Part shown: piece by piece, positions 36,879 through 47,744 of the stretch | Position numbering within the stretch: position 1 is the first letter of the stretch | Layout of the letters: every line of letters begins with the position of its first letter | Assembly (NCBI GenBank): GCA_024276825.1 | Contig: JAJRWI010000037.1 | Span: forward strand, 1 to 64,000 | Length of the DNA: 64,000 nucleotides | DNA from: an archaeon | GTDB lineage: Archaea; Asgardarchaeota; Thorarchaeia; Thorarchaeales; Thorarchaeaceae | Reading direction: 5' to 3' | The notes under the pieces: model-generated | The model's input: only the letters and a program-made list of their open reading frames with translations | What the model was told of the DNA's origin: nothing | Databases searched by the model: none | Program-made: the position numbers and the translations under genes

Positions 36879-39800
36879 TTGCTATCTTTCAAACATCCTC
36901 GGAAAAACCATTTAAAAACAAATGGAGCCCCCCCTTCATACATCCAAAAAATGCATAGATTTGTTGATAAATTTTGGATTTTTGTAACTCTAACAAATAT
37001 ATCATATTTTCTTATTGTGTACATCCTTCCCCTTTATACGACTTTACCCGTTCCCTATATTCCCACAAAATCATTTGTTGAGATTAGCCTATTTTTATGC
37101 ACATTAATAATAAGCGGGCTTTTGCTATGGCATCGACTAGCACTTGATAAACTCAAATTAGAAACCGAAGACTTTCTATTAATACTGAGCTATGGAAAAA
37201 TGAGAATTGCCACATGTTGTCTAGAGATTGCATCAGTACCTGGATCAGTCACCCTTGATTCCGACTCAACCCCAAAATACAACACTGCCATGTTGCTTGC
37301 AATCAGAGAGGGAATGTGTAAGAAATGCAACATTACTTACGAAGTTGGTATAGTCGATATGAAACCCTATCTTCGTATCTTCATTAGTTCTGTCCACCAG
37401 AATATCTCGGTCTTACGCGATATATTGCATAGAGAAGCTACCAGAATTGAAGCAATTCTTCTTGCGTCTTTAGGAAATGTTGAACTAGAACTAATAAGAG
37501 GTAGATCTTTGGCGGATGCCGTGGTTTCATTACCTTCTAACATTAGCTTAGAAGATATAGACGGCCTTGTAAGAAGCACCCTTGAGCACCAAGCACTTTT
37601 GATAATTAGTGGTACTCCCTCAATTTCGCCCACTCAATCTTCATCTCAGATTGGGTCTCTAATATCAGCTGCTTTGCGTCAAGGCGACTCAATACGTTTT
37701 GTATGTACTTTCTCAAAAGCATCAATCGGAAAGAATCGCAAGAGTATGGAGAGTGAGTGGAAACATATTCGAGAACGAGAAAAAAGAAAGGAGGATACAT
37801 TGGCTGATCAGATTGCAAAACGAAAACTAATCAAAGATTTTGATGAAACTTATGACAATGTTGGTTGGTTCAACACTTCTACATATGTAATTTGCACAAT
37901 TCATGATGATAAAGAAAGGCGAATGATAACCAATAGGATCTCTGGTCTGATACTTTCAATATGGGGTGGAAGGGGACTTTTGACAATTAGGGAAATACCC
38001 ATCAATACTCGCCGCCTAGTTAGAATAATAACTCGTCGTCATTTGCATGCAACTTCTATGCATGTTTCACGACTTGCAGCTTTTGTCAACACTCCCGTTC
38101 AGTATACTCCAGCTATTAGTCCTGTTGAAACGCCAGCCTTCAGTACTCCCCTGCCCTCCTTTGTTGAGAATGAAATTAATATTGGACATGTGATATATGG
38201 TGGCCGAAAGATAAGCAAGGCAGGTCTAAAAATTGAATGGCTTAGAGAGCATATTGCCATACTTGGTGCCACTGGAACTGGGAAGACCACTTTGGTAAAA
38301 AGAATAATGGCACAGTTATGTATAACAACTAAAATCCCGTGGTGGATTTTTGATATCAAGGGATCCGAATATGTTGAACTTGTTCAGAAGGCTGACCCGA
38401 GCATTTTAGTAATAAAGCCAGGTTTTGACTCTGGCTTCTCAATTGGCATATTAGAAACAGAAAGTGACGATGTGCAATATATGGTGGAGTCCACATTTCA
38501 ACTATTGCGTGAACTATTGAAGGAACATAACACATCCTCGGAATTGACACCTGCAATGGAACGGCTCTTATATGAATCATTGATTAAACTTGCATCATCA
38601 TAAAATCAGTCAATCACTGGTTTGATAAGCATTATTCAATCATTGTCTAAGAATCAAGAGTTCGGTGACTTGACCCGTGATGCACTTATTAATCGCTTGC
38701 AGATTATCACGAGAAAACCTCTCAAAACTATATTCAGCACTAAAAGGCCTACGAAACTAGCCGATTTACTCAATAGGAGAGTAATATTTGATCTCAGTTA
38801 TGTGGCCAGAAAGGGTGGACTTGATACAGCACGGTTTCTTTATAATCTGGTGGCCAAAAGAATTTTTGATAATGCAATGCGTAGAGGCATCAAGCAAGGC
38901 CTTCATCATGTAATAGTACTGGAAGAAGCAAACAATCTTGTACCCGAAAGCTATATTCGCTCATCATCTGCAGATGTGACAACTGGCGAATCCATGGTAA
39001 TGCTGCAGAGGGCCACTGGTCAAGGTGTTATTGTAGTATCAACAAGACCAAACATATCCTCTAATATACTTGCAAATACAGCGACCAAGATAATGTTTAG
39101 ACTACCATATGATAGTGCAATTGGCGCTAGATTCCTGTCTCTAGATGAATCCCAAGAACGCTATTTGCGAATGTTGAAATGCGGTAAAGCTATTGTTGTA
39201 ATGCCACACACAGAAGCCTTTGAAATTATTACCGAACCCTTCATCATGTCTGATTTCAAATCCGACGAAACTCATACTGGTTCTGAAGCGATCGAATATG
39301 GCCAAGAATCATTTGAACCAATGGAGTCAACAAGAAAGTCTGTAAAAGTGTTTGATAGAAACCCCGAGATATCTACTCATGTTGTTGCTTGGCTCGCATC
39401 ACAAAAGATGGCAACCGAAGATCAATTGGTAAAGTTGTTACGATCAATCAACAATAGCATTGACAAATCTGATGCACAGGAGATAATCAGTGACCTCGTA
39501 TCAATCGGATCAATCGAACGTGAAGCCATCCCATTAGTGGATGGGGGTGCAATCTTTGCATTGCCTGGTCATGGACTAGAATCAGTCAGAAATGTAATAT
39601 TAGAATTCATTAAAGAACGTCTTTACAAAACTAACATATCTGATACCGAAACGGACCCAATTGACCTGATAATTGATGATACTGCTATTATGATTATCAC
39701 TGAACACATTACATCCTCACTTATTCATTTGGTCATCGAGAGAATAAAGTCAGTAATGATTGAACTGGGTCATGAAGTATCTCGATTAATAGTCATAGTT

Positions 39801-40610
39801 CGTGGAAGTGTTGCAGCTGCAAAAATTCGAGAGATAATAATGAAAATGAATGAGTTTGATGCTGTTTCAATCATATCAGCATTTCCAAGTACATTAGAGA
39901 AACTTGTAGAGGAAATAAATCAATCAATATCTGATACCAATGAAATTCAATCCTCATATGTATCAACCAATCCCCCTTCTGAGAATTTAATCGAGGCTGT
40001 TCATGATGTGGGCCATGCTTCGCATCGCGAAATTCAGATGCGATTATGGACAAGCTTGCTTCAGGAATTTGTGGAATCTTCTGACGGCAGGTTAAAATGG
40101 CATCGCCTTCTCAATTTTATTGAAACAACATCAGTCCAATCATTGAAGAGCCGAACGATTCCTCTTAAGGCGGAAGATGGACGACGTGCTTTGACCGAAC
40201 TCCTTGCTGATGATGTGCTTGTTGCAATACGCTTTACAAGCAATTATACGTATAATAATATGGATGCAGGTCTCTGGGTTGTTAATAGTACAGTTTTGGA
40301 AGAAATCAGAAATGCAATTACCAGATCTATTTTTGAGCAACTTGCCCAAAAGGGAATTAGCTCGCAAAATAACCATGGCTTTTTTGACCTTTGCGATTCA
40401 CATCAATCATACATCGTATTTCCCACACAAGAGCAATTAAAAACAATTCTTGATATCACAAACTCAGAATATTGTAGAACTTGTCATACAAAAAGAATTC
40501 TATGTATTCTACCTGCTTCTGAATATCTTCCAGATAATCAAAACGTACCTAATAGTTGTAAAATTGTTACCTTGGACTCAGAGTTTAAATTTATTCTAAA
40601 TATGATATGA
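36879..40610 (+). pseudogene. Membrane-anchored HerA/VirB4-like ATPase interrupted by one in-frame TAA (38601-38603)
   Basis: Two N-terminal TMs, HIAILGATGTGKTT and IFDIKGSEY before the stop; Walker B VIVLEEANNL and STRP..S..ILANT.TK..FRL after it; 6 in-frame codons link the two ORFs. Confidence 0.8.
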
Positions 40611-40617
40611 AATCTGA

Positions 40618-41412
40618 CTAGAGATTGAATCTTGTGCATGGAACATTTTCGCCCTTAAGGACCTTTTCCAGTCTATGTGATGCATTAAGATTGAATATTA
40701 CCACTTCAATACCCTCTTCTGCCAAGTTTAGCAGCTCCTGCAATTTTAAGCTCATACCCCCAGTAACATCAGTCCCACTGGATGATTTAGCAGCTCTTAA
40801 TACAGTATTCCTATTTTGAGCAGTAATCTCAGTTATCAACTCAGCCTTAGGATCAACCTTTGGGTCCTCTGTAAATACTCCGTCCACATTAGTTCCTAAT
40901 AATACCCGACTCACACCAAGTTCTTTTGCTAGATGAGTGATAATAACATCTCCACTAAGAATGCTTGCTCCACGACTCTCGTCAAAACATACATCACCAT
41001 GCGTAATAACTATTAAATCAGCTTCAAGTGCCCGACGTATAATATCCATGGGGAATGATGATATTTTTCCATCCTTCATCAAAACAAATGAAAATGGATT
41101 AATTATTACTGCCTTATGATGTTTCTCCCAAAAAATATGCTCCACCCTTGATGATAATAAACTCATATTATGTCTAATTTCAGGGATACCCTGCAGCAGT
41201 TTCTTTTTTGGCGTTGTATCATTCCCATATCCATATTTATAAGCGGCTTGGTGTCCATGTGCGCCACCCCCAAGCACTAAAAGCACATTGCCCTTATATG
41301 AGGTAATGTCTTCAACAGCATTTTTAATTACATCCTCATTGATTTTTGGGGGCGACTCACTCTTGAAAGTGATTGATGATCCCCCAAACTTGATAATAAT
41401 TAAATCTCTCAT
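40618..41412 (-). CDS. ipk: Isopentenyl phosphate kinase
   Basis: IIKFGGSSIT.K, GGGAHGH, HGDV, ILSGD, DVTGGM..K. Confidence 0.9.
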   Translation of the reverse strand: MRDLIIIKFGGSSITFKSESPPKINEDVIKNAVEDITSYKGNVLLVLGGGAHGHQAAYKYGYGNDTTPKKKLLQGIPEIRHNMSLLSSRVEHIFWEKHHKAVIINPFSFVLMKDGKISSFPMDIIRRALEADLIVITHGDVCFDESRGASILSGDVIITHLAKELGVSRVLLGTNVDGVFTEDPKVDPKAELITEITAQNRNTVLRAAKSSSGTDVTGGMSLKLQELLNLAEEGIEVVIFNLNASHRLEKVLKGENVPCTRFNL

Positions 41413-41542
41413 CTATAACTCACAATATTGAGAAAGAAACATCATTTAAAATTGACGACCTCAATTGTGACTGCAAGACAACCTTTTTATCCAAATATTG
41501 CAGAAAAACCTTGAACTCCAACAAAAGGGGTCCTGATTGCAT

Positions 41543-41854
41543 ATGACACAGAAAGCACGAATTAGGCTCTCAAGTACCAGTACTGAACACCTTGATAGTG
41601 TATGTAATCAAATCAAGAGGATTACCCGAAAGACTGGTGTCAGGATGGCTGGTCCAATTCCTCTCCCAACTCGACGAATGGTGATTCCAACTAGGAAGAC
41701 CCCCTGTGGTCAGGGCTCAGAATCATGGGACAAATGGGAAATGCGAATACACAAACGTTTGATTGACATTGATGCAGATGAACGTGCAATCAGACAAATC
41801 ATGCGTATTAACATTCCTGACTCTGTCTATATTGAAATAGAACTGACTGGCTAA
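41543..41854 (+). CDS. rps10: 30S ribosomal protein S10 (uS10)
   Basis: [40 protein letters not shown]. Confidence 0.98.
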   Translation: MTQKARIRLSSTSTEHLDSVCNQIKRITRKTGVRMAGPIPLPTRRMVIPTRKTPCGQGSESWDKWEMRIHKRLIDIDADERAIRQIMRINIPDSVYIEIELTG

Positions 41855-41919
41855 GCTTAACACTTATTTCCTTTTACTCCTTTTTCAATCTGTTAAATAC
41901 ATAATTGGAGTTCCGCTAA

Positions 41920-43743
41920 ATGTGTGGGATTATTGGCGTTGTTCAAAAGAAAGGCGATGCAGCACCCTTTCTTCATCAGGCCCTTAAACGATTAGAATAT
42001 AGAGGATACGACTCTGTTGGTATTACTACCATTTACAATAATCAATTATTCACTAAAAAAGATAAAGGGAAAATTGATGAAGTTCATGCATCATTGAATC
42101 TTGATGATCTCCCTGGCCCGATTGGAATCGGACACACAAGGTGGGCAACTCATGGAATCCCATCATTATACAACTCGCATCCACATTTCGATTGTGACAA
42201 TAAGATTGCAGTTGTCCATAATGGTGTCATTGACAATTTTCTTGAACTCCGTGAGGAATTAAAACAGAAGGGGCACAAATTCCACTCTGAAACAGATACC
42301 GAAGTAATTCCACACATGATAGAGGACTACATGAAAAATGGAATGGATCTCAAATCCTCTGTACGTGCTGTAAGCGAACGGATTGAGGGGACCTATGCAA
42401 TTGTAGTAATGACTACACTTGAGTCAGACAAGATAGTATGTACACGTGATGGAAACCCACTTGTAATTGGGACGCGGCCAGATGCATCTTATGTATCATC
42501 AGATATACCAGCATTCTTACCAATGACTAATGATATGATCCTTCTACTAGATGGAGAGATTGCCACTTTAACAACTTGTGGTGTGTCCATTGAAAAAATC
42601 TCAGATGGAACCCCTGTTAAACGAGACGTAATAAGAATCAGCTGGACTGCAGATCAGGCCCAAAAGGGAGGGTTCCCACATTTTATGTTAAAAGAAATTC
42701 ATGAACAACCAATGGCAATTAAAAACACCCTCCACCTTCGTTCTGATGCAATACGACCTGCAGCTGAGATGATTCTTAACTCAAAGAAAGTGTACTTGAT
42801 TGCAATGGGTACATCAGGACATGCTGCAATGGCCGGAAAACACATGCTAGCCGCACTTGGTGGAATATTTTCAACTTTTGAGCTGGCCAGCGACTTCCCT
42901 GACACGATATATGGAACATTAACTGAAGATGATTGTATAATTGCAATTACTCAATCAGGTGAAACCACTGACACAATTGCTGCAGTGAAATATGCCAAGT
43001 CCTTCGGGGCAAAAGTAATAGCAATAACCAACGTTATTGGTAGTTCGATAACACGAATTGCAGATCACACAATAATCACACAAGCTGGCCCTGAAATTGG
43101 AGTTGCTGCAACAAAGACATTCATGGTTCAACTGACCGCACTTGCACTATTGGCACTCATGCTTGGCGAAACAAATTCATTTCTTGATCAAAACACACTT
43201 AGAAAAAAACGGGAGTCACTCACCAAATTGCCCGATATTGTTTCTGATGTTATTGCAAAATCTGAAGAGCATGCACGAAGGCTATCTGCTATTCTTTATG
43301 ATAGACCTAGTTTCCTGTTTTTAGGTCGCGGCATCTCAATTGCAACCGCAAATGAGGGTGCATTAAAGCTCAAGGAAATATCATATAATCATGCAGAAGG
43401 CTACTCAGCTGGCGAGTCAAAGCATGGACCAATTGCATTAGTTCATGATGGATTTCCTGTAGTTTTTGTCATTCCTAATGATGCGACTCGCAATCGAATA
43501 ATAGGAAACGTTATGGAAATGAAAGCACGTGGTGCAACTATTATCTCCGTTATCGAAGAGGGTGATAATGATCTGATTGAATTGTCTGATCATTATATTA
43601 CGATTCCCAAGGGTGTCGAACCAGAATTCTCAACGATTCCGTTTGTAGTTCCACTACAACTCTTTAGTTATTATATGGCAATTAAGAAAGGGCATGATCC
43701 AGATAAGCCCAGGCACCTTGCTAAATCCGTCACTGTATTATAA
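41920..43743 (+). CDS. glmS: Glutamine--fructose-6-phosphate aminotransferase
   Basis: MCGIIG, LEYRGYDS, GHTRWATHG, QSGET.DT, EGALKLKEISY, PR.LAKSVTV. Confidence 0.98.
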   Translation: MCGIIGVVQKKGDAAPFLHQALKRLEYRGYDSVGITTIYNNQLFTKKDKGKIDEVHASLNLDDLPGPIGIGHTRWATHGIPSLYNSHPHFDCDNKIAVVHNGVIDNFLELREELKQKGHKFHSETDTEVIPHMIEDYMKNGMDLKSSVRAVSERIEGTYAIVVMTTLESDKIVCTRDGNPLVIGTRPDASYVSSDIPAFLPMTNDMILLLDGEIATLTTCGVSIEKISDGTPVKRDVIRISWTADQAQKGGFPHFMLKEIHEQPMAIKNTLHLRSDAIRPAAEMILNSKKVYLIAMGTSGHAAMAGKHMLAALGGIFSTFELASDFPDTIYGTLTEDDCIIAITQSGETTDTIAAVKYAKSFGAKVIAITNVIGSSITRIADHTIITQAGPEIGVAATKTFMVQLTALALLALMLGETNSFLDQNTLRKKRESLTKLPDIVSDVIAKSEEHARRLSAILYDRPSFLFLGRGISIATANEGALKLKEISYNHAEGYSAGESKHGPIALVHDGFPVVFVIPNDATRNRIIGNVMEMKARGATIISVIEEGDNDLIELSDHYITIPKGVEPEFSTIPFVVPLQLFSYYMAIKKGHDPDKPRHLAKSVTVL

Positions 43744-43761
43744 CTCAATCAGTCACGATGA

Positions 43762-43974
43762 TTAAGGGAATAGGCTAGTAATACTATTCCAACTGTCTTG
43801 TAATACTTGTAATAATGATGTCACAACATCTTGTGCCCATCCAGTTGCTTGAAGAATTACTGCAATTACAATCGATACAGTAACAACAGCAATCCCCAAT
43901 AAAAGACTCTCTTCTACAAGTGGTCCGCCTCTCTCATCATTTAATGGATTTTTCTCACACCTCATAAATAACAC
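43762..43974 (-). CDS. Flp/type IV pilin-like small protein
   Basis: Class III signal-like NDERG|GPLVEE followed by a hydrophobic helix; GAGGTG RBS; downstream of TadA-like ATPase. Confidence 0.65.
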   Translation of the reverse strand: MLFMRCEKNPLNDERGGPLVEESLLLGIAVVTVSIVIAVILQATGWAQDVVTSLLQVLQDSWNSITSLFP

Positions 43975-44120
43975 CTCTAATTGGGTTAACCATTTTCTTT
44001 TAATCTGCTAATCACCATTTGACACTCAATAGCTCATCATCATCACTCCTAATAAACTCGTGAAAACAAGAATAATCGCTAATACTTGATGACATGAGTG
44101 GAATGAGCTGAAACCACAAC

Positions 44121-45812
44121 TCATACAGACTCTGATATTAAAGACATAATGATATTAAAAGTTAGAACATCATCTAGATTTTTAGTGTCATTTTCTTCTC
44201 TCAATCTCGATCTGATTTTACTAATGAAAGCCTCTGGCTTTTTACACCCATACTCAATTAATCGGAGAAAAAATGCGCCATTACTTGACCAGTTCCATAT
44301 GGATGCATCATTCTTATTAATATCAAAAAGTGTATTAAGTCCAACAAAACTCAGCACTCCCTTCTCAATACTTCTTTCCGTTTCAACAACCTCCCTCACA
44401 ATGCGCTTTGAACTGCCTGGAATTGGTCTGCACATAGTTACAATAATGTCCATCAAAGCAATATTTTCAGAATTCTCTCCCAATGAATACTTCCATCTAG
44501 AAACAAGCTCTGATGCAGACCTGCTATGACAAGTCTGAATAGTATGGAGTCCTGCGGCCATTGATTGAAACAATGCATTCACATGATCTCTTGTTTGAAC
44601 CTCCCCAAGTATCATATAATCTGGAGACCTATGCAGGCTTTTTATTATTTCATCTTGTTTTCTATATATGCCCATCCTCTCATCAAAAGGGTCCACTCTA
44701 ATTCGTGCCTGATGGTGCTCGTTGCTGACTCTACTTTCTACTACATCCTCAATGTATATTTTCCTCCAATTTGTAGGTGTTGCCATGTCTAATGCATTCA
44801 ATAATGTTGTCTTACCTGAACCTGGCTCGCCAGTGATAGTAATATTAAACCGAAGATTTACAGCAATAATCAATACAGCGGCAACTTCTAAACTGATTGT
44901 GTTATTTAAAACAAGATCAATAATACTGAACGGTCTTGTTGCAGCCCTTCTGAAAGCAATCTGAAATCCATCTGTACTCAAAGGTGCTACAGATGTTGAC
45001 ACGCGCAACAGTGCTTTGTCAAACCTGAAGTCCATCTTCAATGAGGGATTCCTTCTGTCTAAATGTAGATTACTCTCCAGTCTAAATATTGTGGTGAGCT
45101 TTTCGACTTCTTTTGTGCTAATAGTAAAATCACAAAAACACCTTCCATGACGCCGATGGTCTATGTATACAGGCGTTTCTGGGCGATCTAAAAAAATCTC
45201 TTCAATCTCCCCGTCATAAAAGAGGGGAATGAAACCCCTCAAAATAGACTCTTGATGAGATGCAATAATTGCCAGCTTCTCACGCGTCGGCTGCGCCATC
45301 TCTGGCAGATAATCTCTCAAATAATCATTAATCAACCGCCTTTTTATTACTATTCTATCATTGAATGTCAACTTTGATATGCTAATTCCTTTTGTTATTT
45401 TCCGCATAGAAGCACGAAGACTCTCTAGCAGATCATGTTCAAGTTTTGATTTAATAAGGGGCTGAGAATGATAATAGTGTTCATGACGCTCTGGACTTTT
45501 GGTGATAATTGATAAATATTTATCATTCTGATATGCATCAATTATTGTTCCATGTTTCAACATATCCTCTAAAGACACTCCAAGAAACACTGTATTCCAT
45601 AATCCTCCCATCCATGGTGGACGATTTGAGGTGCGGTCATTGTTATTTTGCAGATGTACTAAATTTCTACTTTTTTCAATAATCATTATCTTATCCAAAC
45701 TTGGACTTATTTCCATCAATTTTTTGCAAGACAAACCTTGAAAAAAATCACAAGTATTACAACGGCCCTCTGGACATGTTATTATACTAAAAGGATTAAT
45801 CATGATTTGCAC
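44121..45812 (-). CDS. TadA/CpaF/VirB11-family secretion ATPase
   Basis: IEEIFLD, NITITGEPGSGKTTLLNAL, IYIEDVVE, SLHRSPDYMILGEVQ, QTCHS; Cys-rich N-terminus. Confidence 0.9.
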   Translation of the reverse strand: MQIMINPFSIITCPEGRCNTCDFFQGLSCKKLMEISPSLDKIMIIEKSRNLVHLQNNNDRTSNRPPWMGGLWNTVFLGVSLEDMLKHGTIIDAYQNDKYLSIITKSPERHEHYYHSQPLIKSKLEHDLLESLRASMRKITKGISISKLTFNDRIVIKRRLINDYLRDYLPEMAQPTREKLAIIASHQESILRGFIPLFYDGEIEEIFLDRPETPVYIDHRRHGRCFCDFTISTKEVEKLTTIFRLESNLHLDRRNPSLKMDFRFDKALLRVSTSVAPLSTDGFQIAFRRAATRPFSIIDLVLNNTISLEVAAVLIIAVNLRFNITITGEPGSGKTTLLNALDMATPTNWRKIYIEDVVESRVSNEHHQARIRVDPFDERMGIYRKQDEIIKSLHRSPDYMILGEVQTRDHVNALFQSMAAGLHTIQTCHSRSASELVSRWKYSLGENSENIALMDIIVTMCRPIPGSSKRIVREVVETERSIEKGVLSFVGLNTLFDINKNDASIWNWSSNGAFFLRLIEYGCKKPEAFISKIRSRLREENDTKNLDDVLTFNIIMSLISESV

Positions 45813-45879
45813 CTGATTGATAGTGAAATATTATATTTGTAAGATATCATCTACTGTTACTGACTAACTCAATAAAATC

Positions 45880-46938
45880 TCATACAAACACAGTTTCTTT
45901 GTGCGTTTTCAAGTACTCACTCACGACTCGCTTTATCATACTGTAATGGTCTCGAATACTATACTCTGCTACATCAGTTGCCTGTGATGCCAGTTTCTGT
46001 GTGAGTACTGATTTGCGTTGATAGTCTGCTGCAATCAGCTTGTCACTTGCGTAAGCTGCAGACACAGTAAATATGAACGGATTTCTCCCACCTCTCCTTG
46101 CAGGAGATATTATCGAGATGACCTTCATCATATACTTCCTGAGAAGGTTTTAGTATTCCTTTAATTCCCATCCACGTATTTTGACTCTCTTGATTATTTT
46201 CGAGTTATTTATCAGCATTGACAGCACTCTTGGCAGATAATCTGAAGGCTTACGAATAGTCGGAGCATGTCCCAATGAGATTTTTAACCGAAAGGCCTCT
46301 CTTACAATTGCTCTTACATTAACTCTATGACCTGATCTCTCAAAAGCATCTGCAATTTCCTCTAGCGTTATTGGTGCACCATTTCCAAATTCACGAATCG
46401 ATATTAGTAAACAAACAGCCATCAGTAAAATATTGTTTGCGACTCTCTCTTGTGATTCATTTAACATCTTTTTATACAAATATGCAGTCCGGTCCCGCAC
46501 TTGCTCACACAACATGAGCATTTTAGAAACATGATTTAATGCTCTTAGGGCCCGATACTTTGCCTCATTTGATCCAATTCTGACTCTTGAGCTATATACA
46601 AACTTGAGTCGCCTGAATTTTTTCTGTTTCTGTGCTGAAAGAGTCTGCCCACCAGCATCACGAAAGAACCTGTCATTATGATATCCAATATAACTTCCAA
46701 GCCCATCAACAATATGATGTCTATTGCCCAAAGAACCGTATACATCTGCATCAGGGCTGTCGCTTTGTTGTTCGTTTCCCATCTGAAAACTTGGGCTGAC
46801 ATAGTCCCGTGAGAAAACAACTCCGCAATCACTACATACAACAAAGCCCTTGCTCGTTACTAGATTCCCAGAACATTCTGGGCATCTCCATGATGATATC
46901 CAATATGTATCCTCTGTGTCATTAGCCACAAACCACAC
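45880..46938 (-). pseudogene. tfb: TFIIB/TFB paralogue interrupted by one in-frame TAA (46150-46152)
   Basis: Zn ribbon CPECSG...VVCSDCG, cyclin repeat 1, then ELKEY*NLLRKYMMK in frame into repeat 2 (GGRNP, TQKKLA-like, V.EYSIR). Confidence 0.8.
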
Positions 46939-47175
46939 CCATCTTAACTAGGATTCGATTTGATTTGTGAATTTCAATCTATGTTTGTTCTGTCAATCGA
47001 CATTCTAGTTCCATCACAGGGGTTCTATACTCCCTATAGAGTACAATACCAGAGTGGCCAGAATCAGGGATGACCGAAACTAATCTAAAACTCATCAAAA
47101 ATTAAAAACCTCTTCACAATTTGATGATTGCAACTATCATGGTTATCTTTGAAAAAACACCGTTGACCATTTGAA

Positions 47176-47541
47176 TCATATTATTGCAAGATAGAACTTG
47201 TCAGATTCAAATGCCCTTTTCTTGGCAGGCGTTGGCTTTATTATCATAATCTCCACCCGTAATCCTCCTACTGAGCCCACCACCTCTATATTCTCTCCTG
47301 ATTTGACTCTGAAGATCTTTGACTCTACATGAAGCCTTGCCTTCTCACCCTGAGATATTGGATTGGAATCGATAATTACATCAACACTCTCTTTTGGCCG
47401 AAAACTGCTTGATAGCGCATCTGGAAGGTCCATGGTCATCGAAAACCCAGACTCCTTTGATGATATTTTGACGTTCATTAATCTTCTCGTGTCTGTTTCC
47501 TCAATTGCATTAATTTTGGCACCCTTAAGCCGTATGACCAT
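47176..47541 (-). CDS. rpo8: RNA polymerase subunit Rpo8 (RpoG/RPB8)
   Basis: OB-fold size; KINAIE, MDL, KIFRV, SVGGL motif, C-terminal FYLAI. Confidence 0.75.
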   Translation of the reverse strand: MVIRLKGAKINAIEETDTRRLMNVKISSKESGFSMTMDLPDALSSSFRPKESVDVIIDSNPISQGEKARLHVESKIFRVKSGENIEVVGSVGGLRVEIMIIKPTPAKKRAFESDKFYLAII

Positions 47542-47744
47542 GATTAACGTCACCTCACTTAATACAACAATCCTCTTTCATCCAGTACTTGAATTAAACC
47601 TTGTCATTGAACTTTATTACATCATGCACCTATATTTCAACATGCTATGATGGTAATGAGAAATTATGGGAGTTTAATAGGATTTAGTAACAACACAATC
47701 ATGACTACCCCTTGAGGTAGCACTCTGAATGACTAGGTCAACTG

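Noticed and set aside
44026-44124. 32-codon hydrophobic minus-strand ORF coupled to the TadA stop as a tadC remnant
   Set aside because: Too short to support any family assignment by eye
10112-46152. Selenocysteine or pyrrolysine recoding of the internal stops
   Set aside because: All three stops are TAA, whereas Sec uses TGA and Pyl uses TAG
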